Below are positions 59,827 through 64,000 of a DNA stretch of 64,000 nucleotides, piece by piece. Position numbers and translations under genes: made by a program. Source of the DNA: Camelus dromedarius (Eukaryota); assembly GCF_036321535.1 (NCBI RefSeq), contig NC_087460.1, positions 5,022,001 to 5,086,000 of the forward strand. Reading direction: 5' to 3'. Under the pieces are notes generated by a model. The model searched no databases, was not told the DNA's origin, and saw nothing but the letters and a program-made list of their open reading frames with translations. The stretch's first letter is position 1. Each line of letters opens with the position of its first letter.

Positions 59827-62800
59827 TTACTCCGTCTTCTTTAACTTCTCTTTCCTCGGCACCATTACTTTGCGAACATAAGGCAGTATGAATAGTAGAC
59901 TCAAGAAGAGAACGTGGCCAAGGAAATAGATGGATTTATACACCTGTGGAGAGACACAGGCCACTGAGGTAGACAGAGGGCCTGGAACAGCCCTTACTGC
60001 CCGAGCTTTCAGTGGTTCCCTCCCATCCTGGCTGGCACGCCGTCACTCACCTTGAGCCACTTGTCCCATGTGAATAGGGAGAAGGCAGTCATCGAGTACC
60101 CCATGAAGAGCCAGTGGATGGTCTGCTGCACCAGGTAGAAGAAGGGCTGCAGGACAGTGACGGAAGCCAGCCTGCTCAGGGCCGGGCTGTCTCGAATCAG
60201 GCTGGCAGCCTGTGGAGGAAGGGCAGCGGCCTCAGTGTCACCTCTTCTCAAGCCCCTTTCACCCGCCACCCTTCCGGCTTACCTGTCTTTCCACGATAAC
60301 AATGAGGAATTCCATCTGGAAGCAGACCAGGTACCCTGAGTGGAGGCCATGCCAGAGGGCCAGGAACAGCAACGAGAGACCCTGGGACAGTTCTTTACTT
60401 CCCAGGAACTTGAGTCGTTTAAAGATGTAACTAGAGAGAAGGGTGGGGAAGGACCTCAGACCTGTCCGTCCCGGTGCCCTGGGGGGTGCAGAGGTAGCAC
60501 CTGCTCGCCCTGGGAGAGGGGAGGCAGTGCCCTCCGATCAACTTCAGAATGAGAGGCAGTGAAGTGAACCAGTCCTGGTTTAGACAAAACAGACCTACGG
60601 CTCAGCCAGGGACCACCTGAGTGCCTGGTGCTGAGGCTGGCCCTCTGCCCTCACCGCGTCTGCTCTGGGGGTGGGACTAGGAATGTTCGTGAATGGGGCC
60701 CTGGAGGGTGGAAGACAGGCAGCAGAACTGGGGTGAAAACCCAGGACTCGAGGCCATTTATGTCTTGCTTTTGTTTTTCAAATATGACAGGAATGGGTTT
60801 TGTGGGGTTTTGGGGTTGGGGACAAAAGTTAAGCGGGTATGGGTGTGAGAGTGACCGGAAGTCCCACCCAAAGTCTTCACCAAAGTGGGTGAAGACACAG
60901 AAGTGACTGCTGCCTCTCTGCTCCCCCACCCCCGTGCTTACCGGGCCACCCAGGCGTTCGTGTTGATGTTGAAAGAGGCGATGGTGCCAGTGAAGCGGGG
61001 GTTTGTTTCAAAGAGCCACACCTTCATGTTGGCGCAGGCGTCCCACTTGGCCTTTCTGTTCTCGTCAAAGTCATTGAAGCCCAGCCCCGTGAGGATGCAC
61101 ACTCCTTCCTGAGGGGGCGATGGCTCTGTGAGCATCCCCACAGCTCGCCCCCACTGTGCCCCGCAGCTTGTCCATATGGGACCCTGGTTCATCTTTTCTC
61201 CTTACCGTGACCAGCCAACAGGTGACATATTTGTACAGCACAAACTTGCCCCAGATCAGCATGTACATGCAGCGGAACCAGAAGTCATGGTTCTAGAAAA
61301 AAGGGAGCAGCGTACATTAGGGACACCACTGGGCCAGGATGGTTCCCGCGTGTCCCTCCTCACGCGCGCGGTGACTATTTCATGTCCACCTGACAGTCCA
61401 CTCAGCTGCTTGGTGTTGGTAACAGGCCATGGGGAGCGAGCAGGGAGCCCCCTCAAAGAATCCCAGAAACAGTGCTGTCCTCAACTCCTCTCCTAAAGCG
61501 CTGGGCACCTGGGACACTAGTGCTGGGGGACTTCAATATCCATGTTCAACGTCAGCTGAAGACCGACTTCCCCAGAGCTGGGACGGAGCCCAAGCCAGCA
61601 TTCCCCCTCCCCAGGTCCTGAGCTCCTAGAGCTCCATCTGTCTGGGCTGGAGAGGACTCGAGCCGCCGTGCTCCGTGGAGTCGCCTGGCTGTAAGAAGCG
61701 AGCTCGGAGTGGCTGGGGGCAGGTCGGGGTGCTGAAGGGCACCTGGCACAGCCCTGTGCCCGCGAAGGTCGTTCAGTCCTGGCTGATGAACGTGTCCTGG
61801 CCCGGCTGGCACTGACACCAACTCTCAGATCTAGAGCAAAATCAACATGCATTTGTAGGTGGTGTTACCCACTTCGCGGCTATCTACGGGGGCCCTGGCC
61901 TGTCCACTTTCTCTCTCTGGCGCAGTCACACTGCTGCTATTCGGGGACCACTCACTTCATAGTCGTCAGTGAGGAAATAGTCTTCTGTGATGTGGGGGCT
62001 GAGCAGGGTGTAGCCCACTAGGTAGACAAGGCCCAGACCCAGGCGCTTGAGAGCAGGTATGGTGCTGGAAAGGAACAAGCGGGGTCACGATGCGCTCCGC
62101 CTGGCATGACGGAGGGGCGTGGCAGAGGGTGGCCCTCCACCCGCTGCCCCAGGCCTGCACTCAGGCTCAGGGTTGGGGTGAGGAACGGAAGGTGCAAACC
62201 CTATGAGTTCCCGGGCTGGTGGGGAGCCAAACGGGGGAGTCTGTGGTGCTTGCCCCTCAGGCCTGTGGGCCTCGTGCTCCCAACAGTGTGCTTGGTCTCC
62301 ATCGGGACTGAAAACCCAATGCAGAAATGAGAAGGACCAGTTTTGGATCTGCTGCTTCCTCTCCTGGTTGAACCGATGCTCAAACACAGGCTGGACAAGT
62401 TCTCAGCAAAGGGATTTTCCTGGTAACTTACTAATTTTCTAATGTAATATATATTTATAGAGATTTTGATATACTTAATATTTTTTAAACTGGGAAAGTG
62501 GATTTTTAAAGGCCAGGAATTGACTGGGTCAGGCAAAATCCTATGGCATAAAAGTGAATTTTTATGTTTGTACCAGGGGGTTGGAAAGGATGGCTGGAGG
62601 GGACCCAAGCTGCAGGGGGCCTGCTGCCTGCAGGGAGCAGGTACTGAGTGCCCGTCACAGGCCCGTGGGCCGCCCAGGCTGGAGAATGCTGGGCTGGCCT
62701 TCAGAAGTCACTTTAGAAGTGGCTTTGTATCGGGTGAGACACCTACACAGAGGTCTGGATGGAAGGGGGCAGTTACCTGTTTGGTATCCTCCCTGGTGTG

Positions 62801-63681
62801 TCAGTCAGCTGTCCCTGCACCAGCTTCATGTAGTGGTTCATCGAGAACTGGGGCCCCACCAAGAAGGCCCCATAGAAGTAGGAGAAACCAGCAACTTCCA
62901 GCAAGGAAGGGACACCCCGTATTGCATATTTCTGTTGCTCAGAGGACAAGGAATTCTATGCCGAGAAGAGAAGAAGGGTGCACGATAGTCTTGAATCTCC
63001 CCTCAAGAGCCAGTCTTGGGGTCCCCCACCTTTGTGCCCCGCTGAACCGAGTTCTTCAAATAGTTGCCTCTTTGAGGGGATGATACTATGGGCAGAAGCA
63101 GGCGGTGCGCGTGGAGGTGAGCAGGTGCCGCGGTAGCTCAGCAGCGGCTGCCGCTGCTTTCCCCGCGCTTCACTGGCACCGACCTCTGGACTCTGAGCAA
63201 GAGCTGGACCCAGTGAATGAGACTGGTTGGTCCTGGCTCCATGCTGTCCTAAGCAGAGATGTCACAGGCCGGGCACTGGGGGAGGGCCCTGCCCCTGGCC
63301 CTGGGTCCAGGCTTTGGTGACAGCCTTTCTCCTGCTCCCTGGTGAAACTCCCTCACCTCTCTGCAGAGGGAGGGAGGGGCACTCACCTGATCTTTCCCTC
63401 CATCAAAGTAGTCGATGGCCAGACCTGAGCAGAGAGAGAAGGTGCGGGTGGAGTCGCGGGAGAGGACACAGGATGGGACCTGTGGGCTGAGCATGGCCAG
63501 GAGTGCCTGGGGCAGGGCCCAGCACAGGCTTCTGGTCTGATGGAAGGAGCCTGGTGTCAAAGGGGAAGGCAGTGGCCCACCACTCACCGATCAGCTTCAA
63601 GGTCAGAACACAATGTGGCATCGTCCACTTGATGTCGTAGGTGCCGGTGGCTGTGTAGTAATATCCGGCAAGAAGGTAGGC
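59827..63681 (-). CDS. LPCAT3: Lysophospholipid acyltransferase 5 (LPCAT3/MBOAT5), 3' coding exons (5' end beyond window)
   Basis: Exons 63588-63681, 63387-63424, 62777-62955, 61956-62064, 61206-61292, 60942-61108, 60283-60430, 60051-60209, 59827-59943 total 1098 nt in frame; FNINTNAWVAR and LALWHGLHSGY (catalytic His codon 60349-60351); KEKLKKTE* ER-retrieval-like end. Confidence 0.96.
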
Positions 63682-64000
63682 CTAGAAGAGGGGCAAGTGT
63701 TCATTCTACCATCGTGACCATTTCTTTATTTTCCCCCTGCTCTGAAATCCACTGTATTCCTTCACTTTTCCCTTCTCCTGGTCTAGAAACTGAGCCTATA
63801 AAGGGGAAGAGACTTGCTCAAGGTTCCTCAGCAAAATGAAGGCTCAACTGGGAATTTAGATGCTTATATCCTGTAGCTCATCCTAAGCAGATTTTCTGCC
63901 TTGCCTTTAAGTGACTCCACTCATGGACGGCTGGACTAGTCCGGTCAGACTCAGAGAACCTTAATGGCACAGTCCTCTGTGAAGGACTGGCTGTGCCCCA

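Noticed and set aside
60873-60896. 9-bp inverted repeat GTCTTCACC/GGTGAAGAC next to CCGGAAGT in an LPCAT3 intron
   Set aside because: Too short for a miRNA or snoRNA hairpin, no boxes; expected by chance in 64 kb

Overview
Mammalian, GC-rich, gene-dense DNA with the gene order of the conserved human 12p13.31 cluster: LRRC23 (3' part, +), ENO2 (+), ATN1 (+), U7 snRNA (+), C12orf57 (+), PTPN6/SHP-1 (+, two alternative first exons), miR-200c/miR-141 (+), PHB2 (-, hosting SCARNA12), EMG1 (+, head-to-head with PHB2) and LPCAT3 (3' part, -). Hand-spliced exon chains give 434 aa (ENO2), 126 aa (C12orf57), 595 aa (PTPN6), 244 aa (EMG1), 299 aa (PHB2) and 1188 aa (ATN1); the last two assume the orthologous length of one gap-hidden exon each. 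Four tRNA-derived SINEs resemble the camelid family I recall as Vic-1, so a camelid source is likely (inference). Six N-blocks of 132-140 nt hide parts of exons. Most long ORFs in the supplied track are GC-rich noise or exon read-through. I found no wholly new gene or system. The best leads are: (1) a decayed ~130-nt copy of ATN1 exon 5 inside ATN1 intron 2; (2) SCARNA12 filling most of a U12-type AT-AC intron of PHB2, with a second U12-like 5' splice site at the first base of PHB2 exon 5; (3) a strong-Kozak uORF whose stop overlaps the ATN1 start codon; (4) back-to-back opposite-strand poly(A) signals at the PHB2 3' end. Comparisons with human sequence are from memory and need alignment.
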